Source: Girardia tigrina
Taxonomy: Eukaryota
NCBI GenBank assembly: GCA_001938485.1
Contig: MQRK01221314.1
Coordinates: 20,675 to 84,674 of the forward strand
DNA: 64,000 nucleotides
Direction: 5' to 3'
Shown: positions 43,201 through 56,400 of the stretch, in pieces
Layout of the letters: every line of letters begins with the position of its first letter
Numbering within the stretch: position 1 is the stretch's first letter
Program-made: the position numbers and the translations under genes
The notes under the pieces: model-generated
What the model was told of the DNA's origin: nothing
Databases searched by the model: none
The model's input: the letters and a program-made list of their open reading frames with translations, nothing else

Positions 43201-46200
43201 TTATTTTGATTATTTTTCCCAAGGATAAATGCTTATGTGTACGGATCACAGCTTGATCTGTACTTTCTTATTTTCAATTTTCGCAGGTTCAAAATATGTG
43301 TACAATTCTTGTCCAGTCCTGACGACTTGCAATATATTTCATTGGGACTAGAACAACTTGATAGTTTCTAAACAATCGTCCTATCTCATTGGAATCATAC
43401 AGTATCAGATGCCTGAAAACTTTTTAAACTATTAGATTTTGGTTTGGTTTTAAGATTAAAGTCATTTTTACTGTATTTTGTTACACAGCCTAGATCTTCC
43501 TGATGATCTTTAAGACATTTTCTTCTCAAAAATTCGTGTAACCACAACTATTTAATGTTAGATCTCAGTTGTCAAAGTCGATTTCTCAAATGATATCAAA
43601 ATCTTGATGTACTGAAAAGAGAGACTAAAATTGTATGTCAATAGCGACTAAATCTTATAAAGCGGCAGAAGCAGTATCACCTATGTCATACTTCACATTG
43701 TATATAAAACTTTAAAATACGTTCTTTAGAATCAAAAGCAGTTATGGTTGCATTACGCCTCTCCTTTCAGTAAGAGGAAAAGGACATTTTTAATAGGGAA
43801 AACAGAGAAGACGAATGTTCTGTTGCTTGCAGAAGACAATTTGGAAATAAATTATTATTTTAATTCGAAATGGAAAAAAATTCTTTTATATCGTAAGTTT
43901 TACTTCATAATATTTTCACTAACGGATATTTCGTTTTTACATTCAGATCCAGTTGGAAGCAAAATTCGATTACGACGATGTACGTTTATAGCAATTTATT
44001 TTAATTAATTTGTGGAAGTTTTAATTAATTGTAATTTATTAATGGTGAAAAGGCACTGGAAAACAACAATTAATTTATTTCCGCTTAAAAATGATTATTT
44101 AAGGAAAAAACTCGCGAAAATATCTTCAATTAAATAAAAGGAATTTCCGGAACGGAAAATAAGTTAGATATTATAACAAGCGAATTAAATATTAAAAATA
44201 CTTTTTTTAAAAACTGTTCGTATATTGGATGAGTTTGTATTTTAATACGAATAATTATCATACATCGACTTATTGTGATTTTGATTGTCGTTTTCATTCT
44301 GGTTTTTCAATTAAGTTTGATAAATTAATCAACTAATTTGTGAATGTTTTGATAAATTATTAAAATGTAATTGAAAATTAATAGGTTTACCAAATTTTAG
44401 TTGGATCCGATGTTGATTAATTGGAGAAATGTGGGCAAAAAGATTTGTAACAGACTACTCGGCAAATGTGATCCCCAATACGAATTAGGTCATAGTTTAT
44501 AAATGTATTGTACATACGGTGTAAAAAAGATTAACATAAAAATCGCAAAATTTACGTATCTGAGGTGCCGGCGGCCACACCGAATGGCGGCGGCCAGCAC
44601 CTCTTACTTGTGCGGGAAATTACTGTTCGGCGGAACGGATCGGCCGGTCCAGTGCCGAGCAGAGTTCGACTATACCCGACCGATACCAGTCTATGCACCG
44701 CTGAGTAGCGGTCCCTTATCTGGTTTACAGTGGCTTCCCGTACCGCGTGCTTCTTTCCGTGACTGTCGATGCAGCTCGAAGTGTTAGATAATCGACTCGG
44801 TTCGTCGACCCGTGACCCGAATGCGCAGTTGGTGTGGTCGCGTAGATCCACCGTGCATCGCCAAATTATGTGAGGCGATGGTGCACGGGATCCGACAGAT
44901 CGGGGCCGCTGTCGGGCAGTGTAGTATGATTCCCTACTCATTCTAACGTGAGAATCAAATTTATCTATTATAATTTCGAAAAGACAAATAACATTTGGAC
45001 GGCATTTATTTTTTTATTCACATCATTAGAAAATTTTAATTTGTTACACTATTTATTTTATTTTTAATTTAATTAAACGAAAATCAGTTTTGAAAGTTTT
45101 TTTCAATGTCGATCATCGGATCACTACAGTATCAAAATGAAGTTTTGCATTATGTTCAATAAATTAACTGTTGAATAACTGAAATAATTTTCTTAATCAT
45201 TTTCCAAATATCGGGGTTCCTTAAAGGATTTACCGATTCTTGTTATCATATATATGTAAATGTTATAATTACGAACTACCGATCATGAACGACAGACAAC
45301 CTGACCGAATGGTTACAATAACCACGTGGGTCACTCTGTATGCCTTTGAACAACTCAAATTCGAGAATATATGTATTTATAAATGAAAACATCTCTTGTG
45401 GATTATTTTGCTCTGATTAGTAATCTGTTGATAACTAAATTCTCATTTATTTTTTAGCATGATGGTTCAATGTTCCACGGAACTGCGAGTCTTATTTGAG
45501 GAACATAACTTATACACGAAGTCCTATGAGCGCTGTTGATCTTGTTGTGGTCAAATGTAAATCTCCATGTTAATAAGCACATCTTCATAGTATCGAAGTT
45601 TGATTGCCTTAAGTTATTTTATGATTTTGAGGCACTTGCCTTGTGAGGAATATTTTTGAAGGATCTACGACAAAACTTCGCGGACAAAACGCCACGAACA
45701 AAAACGACGAAGTTAATAATTAAATTAATATTATTAATTGAAAATTTTTCAAAGAAAAAGGGCTTAAATTAAACTATAAATAAGTTGAAAATGTCATTAA
45801 ATCACAAAAAATTTCAATGCATTTTTATGGTGAAAAACTAAATTTTAGAAGATTAAAATGGGGCTCAATCCGTTTTGTAGATGGAATGTTAATAATTTGC
45901 TTTTAAGAAAATATTTGACAAAAGTCAAATATTTTTAAATAATAAAAAACATAAAAATATTATTTTATTCTAAAATGATAAATAATTATTTAAAAAACGA
46001 TAATCATTTAATTTAATTTTTTATTATTTAATATTTCGTTATTTACATATATATTTAAATATCAGCAAGCAATCATAAATTAACGATTAAAAAAAGTCCG
46101 AATCTTAATTGAAAGACTGTCTTTGCACAAAAGAGGAGACATTTGGAATATAAATAAAAATAACAACAAATATAAATTTAGCTTGAAATTTAGAAAGAGT

Positions 46201-47394
46201 TAGAATTAGTCTCAAGAACTGTTTCCAATAAAAAAGAGAAGGAAAACATTCAAATAAATCGAAATCTTTTGAGAACTGCGTTTAATTTAGATAGTTTAAT
46301 GTAATATGAATCAGCCTCGTCCAAATATCGTTTTTGAAATTCGAATTTGTTCCGAGACAAAAATATTATTCTTAGATGTCGGCCGTAATATTTTCACTTA
46401 CGTTGGACGAAATGTTGACAAAAATTATTAATTTTGATTAAAGATCAAATTATGTGAACAAGACCTAAAGAACGAGATGAGTGTTGAAGAAATCAAACTG
46501 GCTTGGTTAAGGTCCATAACTTACGGATGGCACCAGACTCGGTGTGAGAACAGTTTATGTTTCTAGTGATTTCTTTCTGAACAATGACCTTCAATGAACG
46601 CTCTGTTGACCGCGACTGGCCATGTCTGACGATGCACAACTTATTTCATGGTATGACCTAAATAATGATTGACCAACCTATTTCTACGCCTACGATGTCA
46701 TAAATAGACATATGAATGAGTAATGAGTATTTAGGTTTTGTTTTATTGAATCACTTGATGAACTCAAGTCAAAAACGATCCAGTTGTTGTTGATGATTTT
46801 GTATTTTTATTTGATTATTTTATTTCTTTGATTTGTGTTAATGCAAACATGCAAATAGCTCAAGCTAAAGTAGTTTAAAATATGTTGAAAACAAAACTTA
46901 TTCATATCCAAATATTTTTTAAAACAATGTTTCGATGAATCTACTTCGTCGTTACTGAACTAATTTATAAATTGTTCTTATTCTCTTTTCAATCATGTTC
47001 TTGAATTTGTTTACAGAGATGACAGAGGAGAGTCTCTCCAATGAGTCTGTAACTTCACATTTATTTCTTTTATATTGATACACGTTAAAGAAGGTTTAAT
47101 AGTATTTATTAAAGAACATAATTGAAAATAAATAATAATTAACTATCATTAAAAATTATAATTATTTTAGACAACTATAACCCAAAAATTATTTTGGGCG
47201 CCAATTTTGAGTTCAAAAATACTTTTGAAGGATTGATTGCAGGTAAATAATTTTATTATTATTAGTGTTGTGATCTACCTAATCTACAACATGTTTGTAT
47301 TTATATTAAAATTAAATATACTTTAGTTATAATTTTTCTTATTTTTATTCTGTCTCTATTTATTCTAGATTATCCTGTTCACTTATCGAAGTAC

Positions 47395-47464
<70 letters not shown>

Positions 47465-50400
47465 TATGCCAAATTCGTTAATCCAGTAAATGTTTGCCAA
47501 ATTTACGAACTCGGCAATTTTTAAAAAGAAATTTTTAATTCAATTATGAAATTGATATTATATTTAATATGAAAAATTGTATTTAATATAAAAAATGTCA
47601 TTTTAATATTAAAAAAATTTTTTTAAAATACATGCGTTTGCAATTCGGCTTGTCATGACGGAAGACGTTTTAACCACTATGAATGAAAATTTGAGATTTT
47701 GAGTATATTTTACACATTAAATTAAGATATTTTTCATATTTAATTTATATTTTTCATATGAAATTGATAATTTTTCATATTTAATACATATCTTTTTCAT
47801 ATTAAAGTGAAATTTTTTGATATAGATATCTAATTCTGCAAACACTGACTAGTACATGAATTCGGCAAAGTATATATACAATAGCGTACAAAAGTCTGTG
47901 GACCGTAAAAAAATCATAATTTTTTCCATTTAGTTAATAGGGTGGCAAGCCTAAATATGTAAAAAACCATATATGTAATTTCTATAAGCTTTTATGGTAA
48001 ATAAATCTTTTTTTTTAATTTTGTTAATATTTTGTATGACGAACATTCCATTTTCAAATTTTTACAAATGCAAAAGTCTGTGAATAATTCCTAATTAAAA
48101 TGAAAATTTGTCAAAAATAGATGGAAATTGTAAACTTTATTAATATTTGTAGCATTTTGGTGTATGCATATGTACATATATATTGGAATGTAATATTGTC
48201 AGAAACAGAAAAGTTGAATAAAGGCAAAAATTTACGAAAAAAATCTTAAATCGTTGACTCTACTTCTGTGGAGTGTAGACGTCGTAGGTGCTCAATTTTT
48301 TAAGAACATTTCCTTCTTGTCGGAATTTATCTGCAAATGTATCAAATTAAAGTGGCTGTCGTTAGCACAATCTACATTCCAAGAGCCAAACATCTAATGA
48401 TCACACAACTCGAAGCAACTTAACATTTTGATATTTTTACTACACGTTTTTGACGAACATTCATTTTTTTGTAATCGTGTTTAAAAACTTTGATTTTTCT
48501 TCCTTTTATTTTGTTCTTTGTTTTAATAGTTCATAATACATATTTTTAAACTAAATATTTATTTCATATAAATGAACTTTGACGGATATTAGTTACCTTC
48601 CAACTTCCTTTTTTAATTATTATTTATTTTAAACATATTCAACTGAAAAGAATTTTTAATAAATTCGTATTGAAAATATTAGGGTGAACCAAGTCTTCGT
48701 ATTTTTTATTAAAAATTTTAACATAATTTTACAACAAATACAAAACATTTAAGTGTCAAAGTAAAGGCCATTTGAATCTATAGCTTGAACCCATCTATGG
48801 GAAAGTTGTGCGATCCCGCTGCGGTACCAATCCTTGTTCTTAGTAGCGAAGAACTGGTGACACCCTTTTTCGACCTCGGCCAGATTATTGAAGCTGCGAC
48901 CACGAAGAAAGTGTGACATAGAGCGGAAAAGGTGATAGTCGGATGGCGCAAGATCCGNNNNNNNNNNNNNNNNNNNNNNNNNNNNNNNNNNNNNNNNNNN
49001 NNNNNNNNNNNNNNNNNNNNNNNNNNNNNNNNNNNNNNNNNNNNNNNNNNNNNNNNNNNNNNNNNNNNNNAAAGCAGGGTATTTCTCGCCAAGTGCCGCA
49101 TACATTCGATCAAGTTGGGCGCAGTAAAGGTCAGCGTCGATGGTACGACCATTTGGAACCAGCTCGAAGTGAATCACGCCATCGAAATTCCACCAAACGC
49201 ACAAAAGTGTCTTCCATAAAGAAACGATCTTCTTTTGCTACCGGTTTCGCCCTTTGTCCGGGGTCCAACCATTGATTTTGTTGGTTTGAATTACAGAAGT
49301 AAACCCACTTTTCATCGCAAGTTACAATTCGACTGATGAAACGGTCATTGCGCGGATTTTCAAGCAATTTTCGACAAGTTTCGAAACGCTTTTCGGCTTG
49401 AATTTGTGTCAATTCATGAGGCACTTCTCGACATCGTCTATTGACCTTACCAAGAGCGTGAAGATGTTGTAAAATGGATGTTTGAGGAATATCGATTTCG
49501 GCTGACAATCTGCGAGTACTTTTTGACGGATTTGTCTCGACGGCTTCATGAATTGCTCCGGAATCTACGGTGATAGGTCGGCCTGAAACGTCTTAGAGGT
49601 CAATATCGCTTTCGTTGAACCTTGTGAACCAATTTTGTGCAGTACGATTTGAGACCACATTATCGCCTTCAACTTCACATATCTTCTTTGTTGCTGCAGT
49701 TGCGTTTAAGCCCTGTTTCCAGTAATGGCGTAAAAGAACACGAATTTCAAAATTTTCCATGATTTTTCTAAAAGACCTTAAAAATTATATTAACGACTAA
49801 TTAGAAGTTTTAATATATATTGTGATAGAGCAGTTTAAGAGCTTTAAAAAAATATAACACATGCATACAAAATATCTTTATTTGGTAATAAGTGTGAAAT
49901 ACTAATCCCGTCTGTTTTGTATATGGATTACTTTTTCTTTTGTGGTTAGATGAGGGAATGAGTATTTGTTTTGGTTTGGCTTAAGTGTTAATTGTACAAA
50001 GTCTTAATCTCATTAGTTTTATTTTTGTGCNNNNNNNNNNNNNNNNNNNNNNNNNNNNNNNNNNNNNNNNNNNNNNNNNNNNNNNNNNNNNNNNNNNNNN
50101 NAAGAAACTATACAGTTTGAAAATGTAGAAGTTCAAAATGTTATTCACTTCAGGAGTTTTAGGACAACATTTATATAATCTAGTGATTGCTAAAATGCCG
50201 TTATCGGACAGTGATTATTTCGATTTGGAATTTATTAATAAAGAAGGTGTATCGTGTTGGTTGGAGCATCCGAAACAATTAGTCAAACAGTGTACTCAAA
50301 AGAAAAAATACATTTTTCAACATGATGAATATACAAGGTATCTGTCTGCGTTTCAAATCAAGAGAGATATATACCAGGGACTTCTGAAATGTGATCTACT

Positions 50401-53400
50401 CACCACAGCGTTTATCAGATTTGATGAAGTAGCAAAGCTTCTCTTTTCCTCAAGAAAGTATACCTTTAGCGGTGATTATATTATGTGAGCAAATTGCTGA
50501 AGACATTAACAAAACTAAAATCAATAAAATAATAACGATTAAAAATATACAAATTAATTAATTACTTACCGAGTATTTTGAGCTTGTTAGACATTGTTCT
50601 CTCTAATAAAAGTTTCTATCAAATGCACGGGTTACCTTTATCATTTTATTTATTAATTTTCTTTTGTTATTTACTTTGGTTGTAATTACGTTAAGAAAAC
50701 GTTATAATTTTTATTTATTTGTTAGTAAAATTTGTTATTCCACCATTTTCGGAATAATAACTTTTACAATAAGAAACAATTGAACAAAAAGACGTAGAAA
50801 ATACGAAAAGACTTTTGGTTCACCCTAATATCATAAATCATTCATACATCAAACTACTAAAGTTTAGTCATAGATGTCAAAGATATATATTCTTGTCAAG
50901 GGTTTTTTCTTTAATGGAAATTGTCTCTTTGATTTCGACTCATACTTTTAGTTAGCTTTCCTTCATAAAAACACAGAATGAAGAATGTTTGTTAAAATAT
51001 GAATTTGTACTTAGTATTGTTCTAGAAAATTAGTTTTTGAAAAATCTGACATGGAGGAAGACAAATGTCAAATACCTAAAACCGAACATTGAAAGGATAA
51101 TAGAAGTAAATCGGTAAACTACAGAGATTATAAATGCCGTCGGGGAAAATACTTTTAGGAGATGAATTAATTACAGTTGTACGTAAATCCCTTGAAGAAC
51201 TTTGAATACGGATATATTACAAGAGACCAGAGATAATAACTTTTAAATCTTGTGAAGATCTTATTTGTCACTGGCAGTTCTTCTACCTTTTTCTTCTATA
51301 TCTTTTGTCACCTCTCAAATTATCTGATCTTTTTTGTTGCTAATTGTTTAAACTTTGTAAAATTTAGGTTAAACTTTTTAAATGAAATTCGAAAAAGAAT
51401 TCCTAAAAGATTTAAATTATCATTATAAGAATGGCAAAAATATTTATTTTGTAAAATACTGAAACAGGCTTCCGTTGGAATGGTCGAGACCTGTTAAATC
51501 TGGACAACAAAGTCTTGAAAAGAGGACAGTCCTTATTCAACATTTCCATGCCTATGAGAATATTCCCGCATCAGTCTCCTCATTTAGTGATTCCAGGTTT
51601 GATGCATTATTGTACTGTTTGGATCAACTAATGTAAATGATTAGCTTTTCAGAATGTTGCCATCATCATTTTACTTTTTGTCTTATTTATTTCATTATGT
51701 CTCCAAATATTATTCTTTGCCATTCGAAGCCGCAGATGGACAATTCCAGATCCTATAATATGTAATTTATAATATCTTTTGCCCAATCAATTGATACCTA
51801 CCTTTAGATGTCAAGGAGAAGCAGTGTCTCATGGTTGTTATCTTTTTTTATTTTATTAGAATTTTATTTTTTAACGATAATATACTTTTGAACGATAATA
51901 AAAGATCTTTTTTATAGGAATTTTAAAATTTCCCATAACTGTTTGCTTAAAATGCAAACTAATTATCTAACCCTTCCATAGTTATGATGACATAGTTACA
52001 GCTAAAGAGTATTCGTTTCTAAAACATTTGGTGTGTGTTCAATTTTTCAGTAAATACAAAGCGAATGATCAATGTTAGTGTCGAATGCAGTTGGCACACC
52101 TTCTGAATTAGTAGAATCAGACATTTTGCTAAAATCTATTTTATCACACCCTTTTTGAAACTCAGTTAAAAAACACATATTTAAACAAAATTATTTTTAT
52201 GTTGAGGAACTTTCTTTTTTATAAAATTAAAACCGGAATAAATTATAATTATTTAAAAAATAAATATTCACATTTATTTAAAAATTTTCCTTTCCTTAAA
52301 CATTTCTTTTTTCAAATACTTTCACCTTCAAATTGCCAATTAAGTTTTTAAAGTCTTATCTTTTTTTAATCATTCCTTATTTATTTTATTTACACTTTAC
52401 ACTTTCAATGATTTATTTGTTTACTTTCCACATTTTTCAAAACTTTTCTACCTGGTTACTGATCTCTTAAACGTTACCATTATTTAGCAACGTTTACATA
52501 AAAATTTAAAATTAATTAAAACATTATACAACAATTTTTAGCAAGTACTTTGGGATAAATCATCAATTATGGTCATCATTTCCACAGAAATATTCATTTT
52601 TGACCCTAGTCATTGAATTCAGGGGTCAGGAAGGAAAAAGGAAGGCACTAACACCAACAACCAATCAGCGAAGGAACCTTTCCGGAAAATATATATTGAC
52701 TTCTTATTGATTATTCAAAAGAAATATAAATGAATATATTTGCAATAATTGACCAGATTAGTAGATAAATTAGTCTGAATGCAGCAGCTAGTCAAGATAA
52801 AAAACAGATAGAAAATTGCTATTGGATAGATGGATATGGAAATTCAGACAACCAAAAGAAATACATGTAGATAGAGGTAAAACATTTAAATCGGCTATGT
52901 CCAAAGACACGGTGAAAAAGTTCAAAGTTGAGGTATTCTATTCAAGTCCATATCATCATAACACAAATGGAATCGTGGAAAGACAATTGCTACGATCAGA
53001 GATACGTTGAATATTAGAATGAAGGATGGAGATCATAAAAATTGGACAGAAGTCGAGTTTATGTTAAATAGCTACGACAGGCATGTCACCATCCGAGGTA
53101 GTATTTGGAAGAAAACTGAGACATTGGTGGTAAACAATCACGAAGATAACAAAAATTTGATAGATGTTCAACAAGAAATAGAGACAAGAAGAATTTTGAA
53201 GTTGGAGACAAAGTATTGATAAAAAAGGAAAATGTCTCAAAAGAAGATGACCGTTACATAGGTCCCGCAACAGTGATGAGAAGAAATCATGAAAGAAGCT
53301 ACGTGCAAAGAGATGCAGGAATATAATTTTCAATGACTTTAATTATTGTTTAAATAATAAATAATTATATTATAAATAGAATTTTATGATTTATTCTTAT

Positions 53401-56400
53401 ACAAGTAACTGTACAATTATTGTGAGTTTTCATGCTTTATTTTATCGAGATCTGAACTTGCAAAATGAAACAATACTAATATAACAGCTTCCATTTTTTA
53501 AAACATAATAGTGGTCTTCTTTTTAAAACGGCGATCTTTCTTGAAAAGATATGTAATGCTCTTGAAAAACATTTAAAACAATAAGAACATTTATAACAAG
53601 ATGTGATGATCGGTTTTATTTGTTATATTTTAATATTTGAAGAATAAAGATATCGACTTTGAAGAGATGGATGGGGACATAAATCTAAAACTGGACAACA
53701 TTCAGGCAGAATGGATAACGACAACTTTTATTTCTCCAGTTAATCAAATGAAAGAGTTAGATTCAATTTAAATTAAATAAAAGTATACTTAATTATGAAA
53801 CAGGTTCCACAGCGTTATTTTAACAAGGGATACACCTCTAGTTGCAAATCTTGTGGTATTCGATATGCTAGTAATACCACGGACGGATGAAGTTGCTTTG
53901 GTCATCTATGGGGACTCTCCCATCCAAGTAAATCTTTGATGAATTCTTACTTCTAATTTTTTTGTGACAGTTCATTAGACCAAATCATGCAGATATATAT
54001 ATAGAAAATATGATTTGATTTATGCTTCTTTTAAATAATTATTGAACATGTTTCAATGTTACATACGTCATCATCAGCAATATTTGGAGATTAAGCGTTT
54101 GAATATTTGAATATTTGTTTTGATAAAATAATATAATTTTAAAACTTTTATTAATTTTTAAATGGTAAATATTTTTATTAACATTATTATTTTTTGAAAT
54201 ATTATTGGGTAATAATGGCAAAAAAATTTAATTAAAAATTTTAAGTATTGAAATGACTTTACTTTACCCATTCTGAATGTTAATTGATGGGTTGTAGTGT
54301 CTTATTAGTAGAGATTCACAAAACTGTCGTTCGTAATGTGAATCGAATCCCATTTGTAGAACAGAAAACTCATCTTTTGAAATGGATGAGGTTCTATCCT
54401 TACAACATAACCAATGATCAAGAACCTTACTCGATCGACTCATTTGCGAGTACTCCGTAATCCGGGTTTTGAGATGACGATTTATCTCTCTAATGTGATC
54501 TTGATCCTCCATTCGTATAAAGGTATTAAGTCAGAGGCTTTTTACGCGGTTCTGAGACCCTTATGGCTTCAAAAGGCGCTTCCTCCATGGGGGGATTTAT
54601 ATGCCTAAGTTTAAACGGTGAACCGGCTTTACAACACCCCTCACCAAGATTAGAAAACTTGTTTCATTGCGATGCAATCGACTGCAGGGTCACTACTCTC
54701 TACAGCCANNNNNNNNNNNNNNNNNNNNNNNNNNNNNNNNNNNNNNNNNNNNNNNNNNTATATATATATATATATATTATATTTATTATAATAAAAAGGT
54801 AAATAACTTTTATTGTACCTAATTAATTAAAACAAAATATTTAATTTTTTAATGTTTATTTTTTATATATCTAACATTTCGATGTTACATACGTCATCAT
54901 CAGCAATATTTGGAGATTTAGCGTTTGAATATTTGTTTTGATAAAATAATATAATTTTAAAACTTTTATTAATTTTTAAATGGTAAATATTTTTATTAAC
55001 ATTATTATTTTTTGAAATATTATTTGATAATAATGACAAAAAAATTTAATTAAAAATTTTAAGTATTGAAATAACCTTACTTTGCCCATTCTGAATGTTA
55101 ATTGATGGGTTGTAGTGTCTTATTAGTAGAGATTCACAAAACTGTCGTTCGTAATGTGAATCGAATCCCATTTGTAGAACAGAAAACTCATCTTTTGAAA
55201 TGGATGAGGTTCTATCCTTACAACATAACTAATGTTCAAAAACCTTACTCGATCGACTCATTTGCGAGTACTCCGTAATCCGGGTTTTGAGATGACTATT
55301 TATCTCTCTAATGGGATCCTGATCCTTCATTCGTATAAAGGTATTAAGTCAGAGGCTTTTTACACGGTTCTGAGACCCTTATGGCTTCAAAAGGCACTTC
55401 CTCCATGGGGGATTTATATGCCTAAGTTTAAACGGTGAACCGGCTTTACAACACCCCTCACCAAGATTAGAAAACTTGTTTCATTGCGATGCAATCGACT
55501 GCAGGGTCACTACTCTCTACAGCCATGAGACTCAGTTTTGCGACTGGGCCTTTAGGAAATTGGTTTGCTAGTCCAATAACGATATATCGGCTGCCGACCG
55601 TTCAAACAGCAAATGGCCCAGCTCAGGACGCTTTCGCCTAGAGAAGAGAACTCTAGTTTCCCAGGGATACCACGTGGAGGTACGTCCTAACTGGTCTAGC
55701 ACTCAGTGATCCATGCTCTCTAAAGTACGAGTTTTGACACTCGTGACAACTAAATTTATGTACCAAATTAACAGTGAAATCCACAAACTGTTTTCGATTT
55801 ATTTGAGAGGATACTTTGAACTTTGAATGTGACAGAGACTACTTTGGCACTACTTATCGTTATAGAAATACTCTTCTTAAAAGCTCTTAATCCTTCAGAA
55901 TATGGTATTTTAATGATTTTTTTGTAATATTCAATATTTTTTCTTTTAATTGTTTCTTAATCCGTGTACGTAATTTGTCTAATTTTACCCTAATGTTGTA
56001 TTTTATTTGTTTATTTGTATACATATTGTCCCTAAAGCGTCATCTAAGAATATTTAAACCCTAATTTTCAATTTCAAAATTGGACGTCAAATTCCAAACT
56101 CTGAACAAGGCCTTTTACTATATCATCTCTATTTTTTCCTCACAAAAACTCTGTGGTGTTGTGTAAATACATGTATCGGTTGCTTTTCTGAGTAATTCAG
56201 TTTTATAGCCTCCATTCTTTCTTGGGACAAGAATTTCCTGAAAGGGAATGTCGACCTCCAATTCTGTGGTAAATTTAATATTCGGATGAAGACCATTCAT
56301 GAATGTTAGGAATGGTTCTATGAGGGATTGATTTCTGAAAACCAAAAAGAAATCATCCACATATCTCTTGTATAACTTAGGTTTTCAACATGGTATATAT

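Larger units (their letters stand above)
48679..50828 (-). mobile_element. Mariner element (transposase 49760-48749, frameshifted) with nested TG..CA insertion
   Basis: TIRs TTAGGGTGAACCAA; TA flanks; [35 protein letters not shown]; about 1270 bp once the insert is removed. Confidence 0.95.

Noticed and set aside
45458-45500. HDGSMF as continuation of exon 18
   Set aside because: In-frame TGA and no suitable donor
50901-50950. [11 protein letters not shown] looked like the exon finishing the last LamG
   Set aside because: Out of phase with the 47242 donor and runs into TAG; 51468-51596 ([10 protein letters not shown]) fits phase and motif
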